Below are positions 48,148 to 60,300 of a stretch of DNA of 64,000 bases, piece after piece. The translations under genes were made by a program, and so were the position numbers. The DNA comes from Klebsormidium nitens. Its lineage: Eukaryota; Plantae; Klebsormidiophyceae. Below the pieces are notes generated by a model. That model was not told where the DNA came from and searched no databases. It was given only the letters and a program-made list of their open reading frames with translations. The DNA is taken from the NCBI GenBank assembly GCA_000708835.1, contig DF237186.1, positions 62,001-126,000 of the forward strand, read 5' to 3'. Each line of letters begins with the position of its first letter. Position 1 is the first letter of the stretch.

Positions 48148-51100
48148 ATGGCGGCCGCAACGGTGTCCGTTTGCGCAATCTCCCTCTCCTCCGCTGCTTT
48201 CTCTCCCCATCCACCGAGCGCTCTGCGCCGCCCCGGACGGTTCTCTCCCCCGGTGCATGCACCCGGTACGCACCGCCCGGGGCTCTCCGCCCCTCCCTTC
48301 GGCCGACCGACAAGTGTACGGTGCAGAGTCGCCGGCCTTGACGCTGGTGACGCCAGGCCCCCCGGGGATGCGCGCGCGCGCGATGAGCGGAGGGACGACG
48401 ACCGCCCGGGGGGCATCGACCTGGGCAGAATGGACAGGGGGCGGGGTGATGAAGGAGTGGGAGAACGGCTGGGGAGCTTGGCAGACCGGGTGAGTGAAAA
48501 CGGAGACGCCTCTTGACGTTGCTTGAACGACTTTTTGTGGAGGCAAATGGGAATAGAAGGCCTGTTTACGTTGCTTACAACGGCTATCTGTTCGAGACGC
48601 ACATACACGGGACTTATAGAGAGTGAGCATGCCCGCTTGTCGCATTGCATGCCGTGTCGGGGGCTGGAAAGGCGTTGAGACGAATGAATAGCGATGAAGG
48701 CCAGCTCTGAGTTAGAAGATTGAAGTACCTTGGAAAACAATCAGTTCTCCACATTATCTCTGCAAAGGTTGGAGCAAGGGAAGAAGGGACAGCGCGGGTT
48801 AGAGAAATGAATTTTAACAACGGTCGCCTTCTTCGGTCCCAAGAGCTTCGAACCCCTGTGGAGTAACAAGCCCCGTTTTCATCTTCTCCCTGCCAATCCA
48901 ACCTTGTTCTGGTTCTTATTCTTGATTCCACCATTTGGATTGCATGGCTTATGGTTGACTGCCACGTGTCCTCACAGCCCGGTGCGCTGAGCCCCTTCGG
49001 AGGTGACGTCATCCGGGTGGGCCGCCGCCACCCCGAGGTGCGCCGCGCGCGTCGGCTGCTCAAAGACACCGGTGAGAGGAACCATAACGTGATGACCTTA
49101 GTATATGTTGTTCCCGACGGAGATCTTGAAACGGTGTATAATGGCGACAAGTCGAATACATATATCTTCGAAGAAGCAGGAGTGATCCTGCACTTGATGC
49201 ATCGCAGACTGGCCGCCGTTGCAAGCCGCTTCAACATTTCGTATAGTACCAGAAAATGCGTGTGGAATCAGGACAAAGGAATGGGTGACGGAGCTCGTTG
49301 TAGCTGCACACTTGGATCCGATAATTGGGAGGCTACAAATCCAGCCAATCTACGTTCTCCTCCCTCAAAAAGAGGGAAAATGATACCCGTTCGATACGCT
49401 TCATAAGTTTGAAATTTACCTCATAAGCGCATCATTTGTCTCCTTCGTACGCAGGCTTCCTCAGCCGATACGCCGACGACACGGACCTGTTCGACCCCGC
49501 CATGCGGGAAGCAGTCCGTCTCTTCCAGGTGGGTTTGAAATATCTATAAGGAACCGTGACGGGAAAGAGTCAATGATAACGGGACCAAAGCATAGACCAA
49601 ACCAGGCACAGTCGAAGGGACCATTTACAAGTATCGTTGGAAGGATTAGCAAATTCAAATGTTGACTGACGGTGAGATGAGAAGTTTGCATAAGTGGATT
49701 GACAGCTTTCAAAGCCATCCATGGGGAGAGGTATTTGAGCTTCTGGACACAGTTTTGGTGGCACCTAATTTAAGCAGCGCTCAGAATAGGTTTCACTTCC
49801 TCTTGCGAACGGATCTCCGAGCATCTCAGGTCATACAAGGATGCCTCAACGGGCCATCCTTCTCTTGCCATTCATACTGCCGTTCAAATGAGAATGGTAG
49901 ATTGTTTGGAACCCGCATGACTTCGATGCTGGAAAAAAGAACGTTCGCCGATGCCGCGTGCCGATGCCTGTAGACCGAAATCCTTCCAATTGTTCCCATC
50001 ACTTCGACCCCTGAACTTAAAGTCCAAGTTCCAAACCTGACCAAGCCATCAAACTCTATTCTTTCAGCTATTCACGAAATGCAACCGCAAAAGGCTAACC
50101 GCAAATCGCTAACCCCGGGTGCAGGAGGTATCCGGGCTGCTGACGGACGGCGTGCTGGGCCCCACCACCAAGGACACGCTGCGCCGCGTCGCGCTCGGCG
50201 CGCCCGTCACAGACGCCGTGAGTTTGTCAGCAAACCGAGATCCGGAGATTTATCCACGTCTTCTTGCGGCTTTCAGGGTCCGAAAGGTTTGGGGCGCCCG
50301 TGACAGGTGCTGTGAGTCCGTCAGCTTAACGAGGGCGTCCGATTTTGAGCTTCACTTGTGCATCTGAGTCATCGAGGAAAAAGGTCATCCAACGGCCCAC
50401 ATCCCTTTTCATTTGGGAAGTTTCCTTCGGCGACCAGACTTGCGTCTTGGGATAAGTGGACGCCGGTTGGGGAAGGCGTCCCCTGACGCCCCTCTTATTT
50501 GGCTTTTAGGATCCTACGTGTCTTTCAAAACTTGGGGCGCCTGTCACAGACGAAGACAGCGCGTCAGCTATTTTAAGTTTGAGAGGTTTGATGAACACGT
50601 GCTATTTGGATTCTAGGAGCCTGCGTATCTTTGTTTCAAGAGTCTGGCGCGCTCGTGACAGACGCCCGTGAGTCTCTCCAATGTTTCGTTGCCGGGTTTG
50701 ACGAACATGTGCCTTTCAACTTCTGGGTTTCTGTGTATCTTCGTTTCAAGGCTTGCGGCGCTTTCAATGGTTTGGGAGGCTTCGAATGACTGCGAGGCTT
50801 CGAACAATCCACAAGTAACCTTGCGCTTTGCCAGCTTTCTGCTCATGCCACTCTGGGCTGGAGGATGCTGTGAAGTCTAGTTCGTTGAGCAGAATCGCAG
50901 AAAATGCGAGTAGGCAGCGAGGGAACTAAACAAGGCAGGGTGCCAATACTTTGTGCATAGGCTTTCAGGTATTATTGGAAACCGGGTATTGCAGGTTTTT
51001 GAAAGCTCGGGCGCTTTTGCTGTCCAGGTGTCCGATTACACGGCGACGGTGAGCGTGCGCGACCTTCCTCCGACACCTTCCGTCGATCCCACAGACGCCG

Positions 51101-54100
51101 CCGTCATGGCAAGATTCCGCGTTCCATTCGCGTCCATTCGCGTTTCTTGCGCAAAAAGCTGCCGTTTCGTCCTCGAACGCCCGAGAGCCGTCAAACAAAA
51201 ATTATAATCTTCATTGTTGAAGTCGTTGCAATTCGTTCTGGAATTTAGTGCTTTCTGTTCAAAAACTGCGTGTATTGCGCTTATTAAGTCGGACCAATTG
51301 AGGACATCGGATCACAATTCGCTGCTGCGCCGGAGAAGCGTCAGCTATGAGCCAGCTTTTGAGGTCGCCTGAAACGTAAAAAAACAATTTTTCGACCGAT
51401 TGGGAACATCAAGCGGCCGGTTGGTAGAAAGTTTGATCCAGAATTTGATATTTTGCTTTAACGGTCTGGTTGACTCTTGGTGAGTGGTTAAGCTACTCAG
51501 GAAACGTCCACCGATGCCCAATCTCTTTCGACTGGAATGGAAGCAATACTTGGCGAAAGTGACTGTTGATCCGACGCTAAGATGCATCACTATAATCGAC
51601 GACCCAAGTAACGACTCGGAAAACCTCCGCCAGGGGGCTTAGAAAAGTCAGTACGACGGTGCGTCCACCCTACTTCAGACGCAGGCCAACGCTGAACAGC
51701 TATCAAAAATTTGTCACCCGCTCTGGTAACGACACGGTTTCGTTTCAGGTGACGGACTGGTTAACGAGATGATCAGGTTCACCTAGTGGTGCTCTAACTG
51801 GTTCACTAGGTCTGGATTCCGTTCCCGATAACGGAATGATTTATCTGGATAACCAGGTTTGGTTAACGGCAGGTTTTTGTTGTGAACGCTGCAGACGCAG
51901 GCCATCTGTGCGCTCATGCCGTCTAAACTGGTTCACCAGACTCGCTTTCGTTCCCAACAACGGAGTGTTTAGTTGGATAACCCGGCTTGGTTAACGCCGG
52001 CTTTTTGTGGTTACTCCTGCAGACGCAGGCCATCTGCGCGCTGATGCTGGTGGGCGCGTCCCTCGTGGGCCGACTGCTGCTCGCGTCTCTGGCCAACACC
52101 AAAAGGTGATGACCGTTCGCTTTATAATCAGTAAGATCTACATTCAGCAAAGCTCGACGACCTAGTACGAAAGCCTTAAACCCCAGGATCGCTGCTCCGT
52201 ATCTGTACCCAACCTAGACCCCCAAAGTAACCCCGTCCCTCCATGAATGACGATCTTGTTATCGCCTGCGTGAAAAGGCTTTCGAGAATATGGATCACAC
52301 CGTCCCTTGCAATCACAACTCCCTTCTTCTGACCTGCACCCGACTGTCCATACCGGTTATTTAGACCCGACTATCTTGACCCGATTGCCACGGCCCGAAT
52401 TTTTGGAAGTCTTTCGTATACGGGCTGCACCTAAGGTTGCAATTTGCTGTTTGGATATGATCACAAGTTGCTGAGCAGCGTTGGTGTGCTCTTGGCAATC
52501 AGTTTCCCACATCTGCTGACTCTGGTCACAAGATTCTTCGGATCATCTTGCCCAAATCTGGTCCAAACGATAGAAAGAGAAACATTTCTTTTCACGCGGC
52601 TTGCTTCGATCCATCCCGCCTGAGATCCTTGCGGCTGATGAGACGTGCCAGGTTGTCGGGAACAACGAAGCTGGAACGCTTACGCTGTCTTTCTCATCGC
52701 GCTTGAAGTCCCACAGAAAAAAACCGTATCCCCGCTGTCTCTTCGTATCAGAGAACCCTTTCTACACAACCTCTCATATCAGACCACAGGAGAAAATCAA
52801 ACCCTGCTTCCTCTCCCTTTCAACCGACAGAAGAACACGTTAGCCATGCAATTGGTTTTTTTCCAAAACCCGCAGACTGAAGGTGAAACCTTTTACCATC
52901 TTCTCGTCGTTTCAAACTCCCAGAAGGAAATTGTGTCTTACCTTGCTTCTTTCGTCTCGGTCTAGTTCTCACGAGGGCCCCTGGAGCTGCGGCTGCTGGC
53001 CCTTCAGTGAACCGGTGCGCAAGATCATGTACACAACCAGCGTCGCCGGGTGAGTTCCTTTCAACCTCTCACTACGTGCACAGGGTTTAGGGTAATCAAG
53101 CATGGTGGTTAAGGGCTGGTTAGGAGATTCTGATAGTGTCCAACGATAAGACTCGAGCAGTGAGCAGACGTTTTACGTGGTTACTGCCCGTTTATTGGTC
53201 GAAGTACCGGAGTGTAGTCTGGTCACCGAGCCTCGTTAGCAGCGAAACCCTTCCCGTGATGCCACTCAAAACCCGAAAGAAAGACATAAGTAGTGAGTCT
53301 CAGCACGATTGTAAGAGCACGTTGTCCGAAATTGTCTCTTTCCCAAGTCTTTCCGTTGGTTCGATCCAAGTTACAAGAGCGTCAATGCAAGTATGCTCGA
53401 GGACGGAATAAGGTTCTCAATGTTGTTTTCTGCTCTTCATTCATCTCTTCTGTTTCCAGCGGCGTACTGAACACGGCACGCAGTAGACGAGATTCTTTCA
53501 ATGCGTTGGGAGTGCTTCAATTCAAATGCTTGGCAAAGCTGTTGCTCAGGTCGGAGAAGCGCAATCAGTACGCACTTTCGAGAAGTAGGTAGAGCAGCGT
53601 TCCGCTCATAATCTTAAGAGGGGCCGCAAACGAGTTGCAAATGTCAAACCGCTGCAGACGTCGCCTTGAACACATCACAGCTTCATTGCCGACTTCCTTC
53701 GCTTCGTACACACTTCTTTTTTTTAAGGGGTAAGAACCTCTGTGATCCTTCGCCCCCGGCTGGGAAGTTTGATTCTCTGGGACTTCCCCCCCCTGCAGCG
53801 TCGCCCTGTACACGGTGCAGCTGATCCGCGGCCTCTGAGACGTGCGCAAGAAGAAACTCCCCGGCCTTCACTCGTGGGGGGCGCTGTCAACTGCGAAACC
53901 ATCCCCCCAATCCAAATCCAACTAAACGTGGGGGTTCGATTCTCTCTGATTCTTTCCCCCCTGCAGCGTGGCGCTGTACACGGCGCAGCTGATCTGCGGC
54001 CTTTGGGGCCTGCGCGACCCGAACCTCCGTGCCCTCTCCCGGTGGGGGCTCAAAAGGAGTGAGAAAGCTCTCGAAAGGGATGAATTTCAAGACGAGGGGC

Positions 54101-54722
54101 TGAAACCTTTGTGTTTCTTCCCCCCTGCAGCGTGGCCCTGTACACGGCGCAGCTGATCCGCGGCCTGTGGGACCTGCGCGACACGGGCCTCCCCGCGCTC
54201 GCCCGGTGGGGCGACCCGATCTTCCGCCCCATCCTGCTAGGGCTTCTCGCGGTCGCCGTCACCGACGACTCCCTCGCAGTGCGGCCGCGGCAGTGGGAGC
54301 GCGCGGCGATTCACGCTCTGGGCGCGCTCGTGCGCGCGCTGCTCGCGCCGTTCCGGGCGGTCCTTGGTGTGAATGAGCCCGAGCGGGGCTTGCGCGAGGT
54401 GGAGGAGAAGGTGGGGAGGGGGGTGCATGAGGTGGGGGAGAAAGTGCTGGGGAAACGGGAAGGGGGAGGTAACGGAGAAGATAAGCGGCGGGAGGGGCGC
54501 AACGAGCGCGAGAAACGGAATGAAAACGACGAACGGCGTGGGGGTGAGAGGCGAGATGAGGGGGAGGGGCACGAGGGGCAGGGGTTCAGAATCGAGGGGA
54601 TGCGACGGGGGGGTGAGCAGAGACAAGGGGGGGAGGGGCGTGATGGGGGGGGGCAAAGGGAGGGGCAGGAACGGGGGGGGCGGCAGGAGCAGAACGGACA
54701 GAACCGGGGGATCGACGAGTAG
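48148..54722 (+). CDS. Predicted plastid-targeted membrane protein with a peptidoglycan-binding (PG_binding_1-like) domain, about 471 aa, 8 exons
   Basis: Exons 48148-48489, 48978-49071, 49455-49528, 50125-50217, 50995-51048, 52023-52105, 52966-53049, 54131-54722; phases 0,1,0,0,0,2,2 all match. N-terminus is transit-peptide-like (A/S/P/R-rich, ending VRCRVA). DVIRVGRRHPEVRRARRLLKDTGFL...LFDPAMREAVRLFQEVSGLLTDGVLGPTTKDTL fits the PGBD pattern (V..LQ..L...G....DG.F...T..AV..FQ...GL..DG..GP.T...L). Hydrophobic segments and an R/E/G tail follow. Confidence 0.75.
50195..50680 (+). repeat. Echoes of PGBD-gene exon-4 end + donor (4-5 copies)
   Basis: ggcgcgcccgtcacagacgcc|gtgagt (donor 50218) versus ggggcgcccgtgacaggtgct|gtgagt (50312), ggggcgcctgtcacagacgaag (about 50534) and ggcgcgctcgtgacagacgccc|gtgagt (50668). 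Confidence 0.85.
51670..52050 (+). repeat. Echoes of PGBD-gene exon-6 acceptor + exon start (128 bp near-perfect unit plus older copy)
   Basis: ctgcag|acgcaggccatctgtgcgctcatg (51895) versus functional ctgcag|acgcaggccatctgcgcgctgatg (52023), and cttcag|acgcaggccaacgctg (51679). The intronic unit ggttcac..gttccc..aacgga..ggataacc..ggttaacg is duplicated. Confidence 0.9.
53650..54210 (+). repeat. Four copies of PGBD-gene exon-8 acceptor + exon start (141, 168, 164 bp periods)
   Basis: ctgcag|acgtcgccttgaacac (53658); ccctgcag|cgtcgccctgtacacggtgcagctgatccgcggcctc (53799); ccctgcag|cgtggcgctgtacacggcgcagctgatctgcggcctttgg (53967); functional ccctgcag|cgtggccctgtacacggcgcagctgatccgcggcctgtgg (54131). 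Confidence 0.92.
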
Positions 54723-57384
54723 GCAGGTTTTGCTAGACGTGAGAAGGGGTGGAGTTCCTTGTGAGTGAGCTTCGATTGGCGCTTTGGTATGTCTCGTCAA
54801 TCAAAGAAGGGAACGGCGTTCTAACCAACAAGAGCCCTTGCGGAGGCGTCGACACACCGTCTGTAGGTTTTACGTATCAGCGGTGTCGTTGGGCATGTAG
54901 CGATAGAAAGAATGCAAATGTCGGATTAATGAGAGGGCTCTTTGCACAGGGCTTCGGGCAGTCAGTGCAGCAATAAGCACCGCTTAACTCGCTTAGTACG
55001 TTTCAAAATTAGCCAGCTAGCATCTTTGGCATAGTAGCCACTAGGTTCGTTGGGCGCCCACCTAGTAGCGATGTGGGCGATTCGCTGCATTTAGATATCT
55101 GCTCTGCAGAACGGGCAGAGTGAAGATTTTGATATCAAACGTACTAAGCGCTCTTTGGTGAACGTGTTCGCTTGCCAGGCAACTTTCGGGCCGTGATAAC
55201 GCCTTCGTTCTAGCTGCCGCCAACTTGACGTCTTTGCTTAGAATCATTCGACTAAGAAGTACGGTACTGGGTCGCTGAGCGCAGTGCTATTTGGGGACAT
55301 CTCCTTTTACCTGCGACTGTTGAATATGATCAATTCTCTTCGACTTCCTGCTTAATCGGTCCCTGCTGTGCCAGAGCGGAAGAGATTGTCAATGCTATCG
55401 TTGACCTTGCAATAATTCCCCATGCGACACGTAGTGTGCACGTAGTATTGTATGAATGTCGATCTAGGAAGCTTGGAGTAACGCGCGGATGGTTTTATGT
55501 GGGAGGAAAGTCCCAAAACAGCGGGAGAGCGGGTGAACAGCGAGTTAGCTAGTTAGATTGCTCGAAGCACTAATCTTGGACGCCCTTCGGGTGCAGCCAT
55601 TACGCCGATTGCTGCATGAGCCATACCAACAACACAGACTAGTCATCGTACAACTGCCAAATACCTGGAAGAATTAGCTATATCATCACTAGCGCGCTCC
55701 TTGTTCTCTGTCGCCAATTCAGCCTCATGTGAATCTGGTGCGCGTTGGAGTTTTGAGGGAGTTGCAAGGAGCTGCATCGTTGACGACCGGGTTGCAAAAG
55801 CAGTATGGCGCAACACTGTACCACTAGGGTCGTGTCGAAAGCCCCTTGATTTAATTAAGCCAAGAATAATTTGAGCCTTTCAAGAGTAGAAACTTATCCA
55901 AAAAGCTCCATGTTTACTCGCCCCACAATCGGCTTCCTCGGAGCAATCCATAAATCTACACACGTACGCCTGCACGCCAACTTCGACATGAACGGTTGAT
56001 CCAAACATGTACGACTTTCTTATCTTGCTCTGTCTTTGTGATGTTCATTGTAACCGTGATGGAAAGTGCGCGCCGTGTGCGCCGACGTTTGAACTAATCA
56101 CCATCATCAGATTGTCAATCAGTCCCCGGACATCAGTTGGATATATGAATCGGCGCATGGTACGGTTGATTTCAGACAAACCCTTTTTCCCAGTCCACAT
56201 GCGAGCAAAGATAAAGTGGTTCTTGCAGCTTCTGCAGATAACTGCATATCATACGTCGATCAGTGCACTACTGTCTGCACTGCGCTGTACATTCCGTGGG
56301 CGCCATGCAACTCCCCGCGGAGTTGCAACGGGGCTGCAAGGACGCGCACGCGCGCGCTGGACCAGAGCACAATTACGGTAATGTCCGAAGGATGATCAGA
56401 CAAAGTCAAAGATTACGTCATCCGAGGCAACGTGGCAGATTCTGGTTGCAAACGCGTACGGAGCGGAATCCCGTTATGTTGACTAACCCGGGGCCGGTAA
56501 TACGTAACCAACGGTTTGCAACCCCAGAAGGGGAACCCCCTCCTCAAGCTGAGGAAGTTCAGAGCCTGCTTCTGGAAACGACGTAAGCAACTTCAAACCG
56601 CAGAGGGAGGGCTTTGAACTTGAAGCTGAACAAAAGCTTCTGTCCCTTCAAAAAGACGAGAGTGCATTCAGCTGGATTCTTGTTGCATAATCCTGGCATT
56701 CGTCCAGCTTGCTCTTTTAACGCGGCGGAAGTTGAGAGGCCAGATTCAAGGGAGCTTGCAAGGAACAAGCATTCATAGCTGTACTTTCACAACTGTTCGC
56801 AGCGAGGCGTCACTGAATTGTCGTGGGTGTGTGAGGAAGCTTGCTCTTTTGTTGGGCCCCAAACGTTGAATTTTCCTTACAAGTGCAAACAAGTGAGTGT
56901 GGGTCAACCAGTAGAATTGTGTTTTTTCCTCCCCTGCAGACGGCATTGACTCAATGAGGGTGCCATTGTGTTCAGGAGTCGTTCGTGTTATAAGGATGTT
57001 CCTGACGTGCGTTTGAGAATAACTCGCATGAGTGTTTGTGCAGTCAGGCACGATTTTACAGTTTCGTCACTGTTTCGTCACTGTACACTCATAGCTCATT
57101 GACCATGAGGCTAGAACCAAATATGACGTGACGAGAGTTGCAGGTTTGTTCGTTGAACATCTCCCTTGTTGTCTGTTGCACCGACCATCTGTCAGGGATC
57201 TGCAGGCTCACAACGATGCCATTGCTAGCTGCCATAGTCTCGCACATCTGGAGCTAACTCTCATTTTTCCCCATCTGCAGCTCTTATTTCGGACTGAATG
57301 ACTGGGAGTATGCCTTGCGGGCGAGCCTGTGAAGCGAACTTGCATTTGTAGAAAGTCCTGACGCATTGTGCCAGGCTGGCAAGA

Positions 57385-60300
57385 ATGCCGGCTATGGGGC
57401 CGCAACCCTCTGAGGAGGAGTTGAAGGTCAGGGCCACAGAAGCCCTGGAAGCGCTTGCGCGTGCTTCCGGCGCCAAGGGCCATATCTGGATGGTAATCAA
57501 GGTGAGAACTGCTGATTCTCCAGGGGAGCAGACTGAGTATAACAGATTTGTCAAGGCCGCGTTTACACATTTTTGAGGTTCACTGAGGCCAACGCCCACG
57601 ATTTTGTCAGTTGAAGCCAAGACAGAAAGATTACTTTACGTCTAAGTGGAGTGATGAAATCAATTTCCAAGTTGAGTAGCTTTGATCCCGGCAATATCCC
57701 CCCTTTCAGCTGGCCTGAACCTTGTCACAAAGGTGGTCCCACTTGAAGACAGGATGATCATCCTCCTTATGAGTGTTTTGATATCTGCAACTTATGAGGA
57801 ACTTTTAGGGTTCTGACTCCACAAGGTAGACAATAGTCGAAAAAGCCAATGTCAGGGATATATTGCTATGCAACGTGCCTATCTCAGAAGGCAGTTCTCT
57901 CGAAGGAGAGAGTCTTCCTTAAATGAGTGCTGGCAAGCCAAAGAACCCCATGCCGAAACGGCGACAAATCGCTTCTGCAGTGCGCTTAGAAATAGATATC
58001 AGCAGTCTGCAATGGCCAAGACCTAAAGCCAGGTGGCTAATGTGACTCAAGCAAATGGAGACTCTTGCATGACTTCTGACGCTCATCTCTGATGCAGGGG
58101 GATGGGGGTAAGATCGGGGGCTGCTCTCCGAGCCTGAGGCCTTATGGAGCTGCGCTTATGGATGAGGTGGAGAAAGCAACTGAAAAGTGAGTGGTCAGCA
58201 CACAATGCGTTTGTAAAAGGTGGTAAACAGCTTCATTTTGGATCCTGGAACATAGTTGCACGTTGCATGAGCCTGTGGAGTAGAGACCAAGCATTGCTCT
58301 TTTAGGGTTTGAAATGGAGTGAAGGAGCCATTAATTTGGAAGCCTGGGCTGGAATTGGATCAAGTGTACCCGGCACTCCCTCCAAGCTGCGACAGCTTTG
58401 ACCAAGCTTCTTGGGGCTCTGTTTGCTCAAATAGACCCCTCGTTGGTTACTCCAAGCACTCGCCTCGCAGCACTCCCCTCCGTGTGAATTCAGTTCGTTC
58501 AGTTGTAGGACTAAGCCCCACGTGTCTCCCCCCCCCCAAAAATGCTTAGGTACTGTGTTCATTGTGTGTTCGTAGTGCGACATAGGATTCATTCCCCATT
58601 TTATCCTGTCAAGTCCATTCAGAACCACTCTGTCTTTTGCAGTGGTTCTATCTTTTGCAACCACAGCCAAGTTCACTTGGGCTGGTGTAAGACGCAAGTC
58701 TGATATAAGAAGCACTCCCCCAAATGCTTCTTGTCCTGTCGAACAACCAATACAATTCTGCCCTCCATTGCTCCATCCTCAAAGATGGTTATTTAACCTC
58801 TTCACTCAATCAAGTTTGAATCCAATGGTACTTCCTCCGTACTTCCTGCGGAATTCATGGCATAGGAAACAAGTTAATCGAATTCCTGAAAGTAGGTGCC
58901 TGCCTCTGCAGACCTGTGAAAGCATGAGCCCTCAGACTTGCTAAGACTGCCACGTCGTTACGAAACGCACTGTCACTACTGTGGATCAACTTTGGATCAG
59001 TCACCCCGTTTTCCCCGAGACAACTGCCCTGTTGTTGCGACCAGCAATTGTGAGCCCTCTAATCTGCTGAAGCTAAGAAGGTGCTAACCCACCTTAAGGG
59101 AGTCCTTATACCCCTCCACAATTGCCCTCTTCATCGTACTTAGAGTCCTGTCTTGGTTTTGAAGCCTCGAAGCAAAGAAGGTGCTGCAAAGAACCCACGT
59201 TATCTCACAGGACCCCAATGATTACTGGCGTAAATCGCCTAACCCAGCTCTTTTCACAAACCGGTTATCGTAACCAGCAACCGTGAAACCTGGGGCCTGC
59301 TCAAAGCAGAAAAGGTGCTCCATCATCTTGAAACCCAGCTCCCTGTGACTCTTGACGCTACCCTCTCAATCAACCCTGATATTTAACCCAGGTCTTAACC
59401 TCCCCTGCAGGCCGGTTATTGTCACTAGCAAGCGCGAACCCTCGGGCCTGCTCAAAGCCGAGAAGGTGCTGCACACTCTGGCCAAGACAAAGCACGTGGA
59501 ACTGCACCCCATCGTGGCAACCATGATTCAGGGCCTGAACGAGATCAACAATCACAAGCACCCGCGCGTTATGGCAATCACCGACCCAAGCACGGTGAGG
59601 CACTCCTCCTGTGTCCTTAACTTGACAAGCGTTGTGTCTCTCAGGTGATAGGCAGTAAATCTGCAAGAGGTGCTGTTTGCTTGGCTCTTGAAACTTGGGG
59701 CAGTACCCCGATATAAGAAATGCTGGGGGATGTGCTTGGTAAAAGATAGGCACTTGTGTCATATGGAAGGGGGTGGGGGTGGTTTCTGTCACCTTGGGGC
59801 CCCTTTCTGTCGGGAGACGACAAACTGTTGGTCAGTGGTCAAAGCCTTGATGTGCTTAGATCAGACGATTCCCCACAGCGTCATATCTAGCCTTTAGAAG
59901 GCCTTGGAGCGGATTTCCATTCCGTGGATGAAAGCAGGTAAGAGCATTCCTTTCCAGAGTTGGGGGCAGTGCCCCATCAAACACACCACCAGACAGAGCT
60001 CCACCTTATTGCTATGTGTGACGTTTTTACCTGTTGAACAGTGTCACCTGATAACAGCGCGGGCTTGTTTGAATTGGAGGAGCAGACAGGCAATATTGCA
60101 CAAGAGGCTGAGCATGAAGCTTTTCGTAGAAGCCTGCTTTGCTGCGACAAAATAGAGCTGGCGTGTGCGTAAGGAGCTTGTGTTTGGTCCTTGTCTCGAA
60201 AGGGACCTAGTCACCCTTCTCAAGCCTCTACTGATGAGGCTGCATGGATCCTTTTTTTGCGTTCTCCTTTGGGATGATCAATCTTCCCTTTGCCATATTG

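Noticed and set aside
47859-48740. 293-aa minus ORF, including an ATG sharing the CCATGG palindrome with the PGBD gene start
   Set aside because: Overlaps exon 1 and the 5' region of the plus-strand gene antisense, with no recognisable motif. Any CCATGG start context gives an ATG on both strands.
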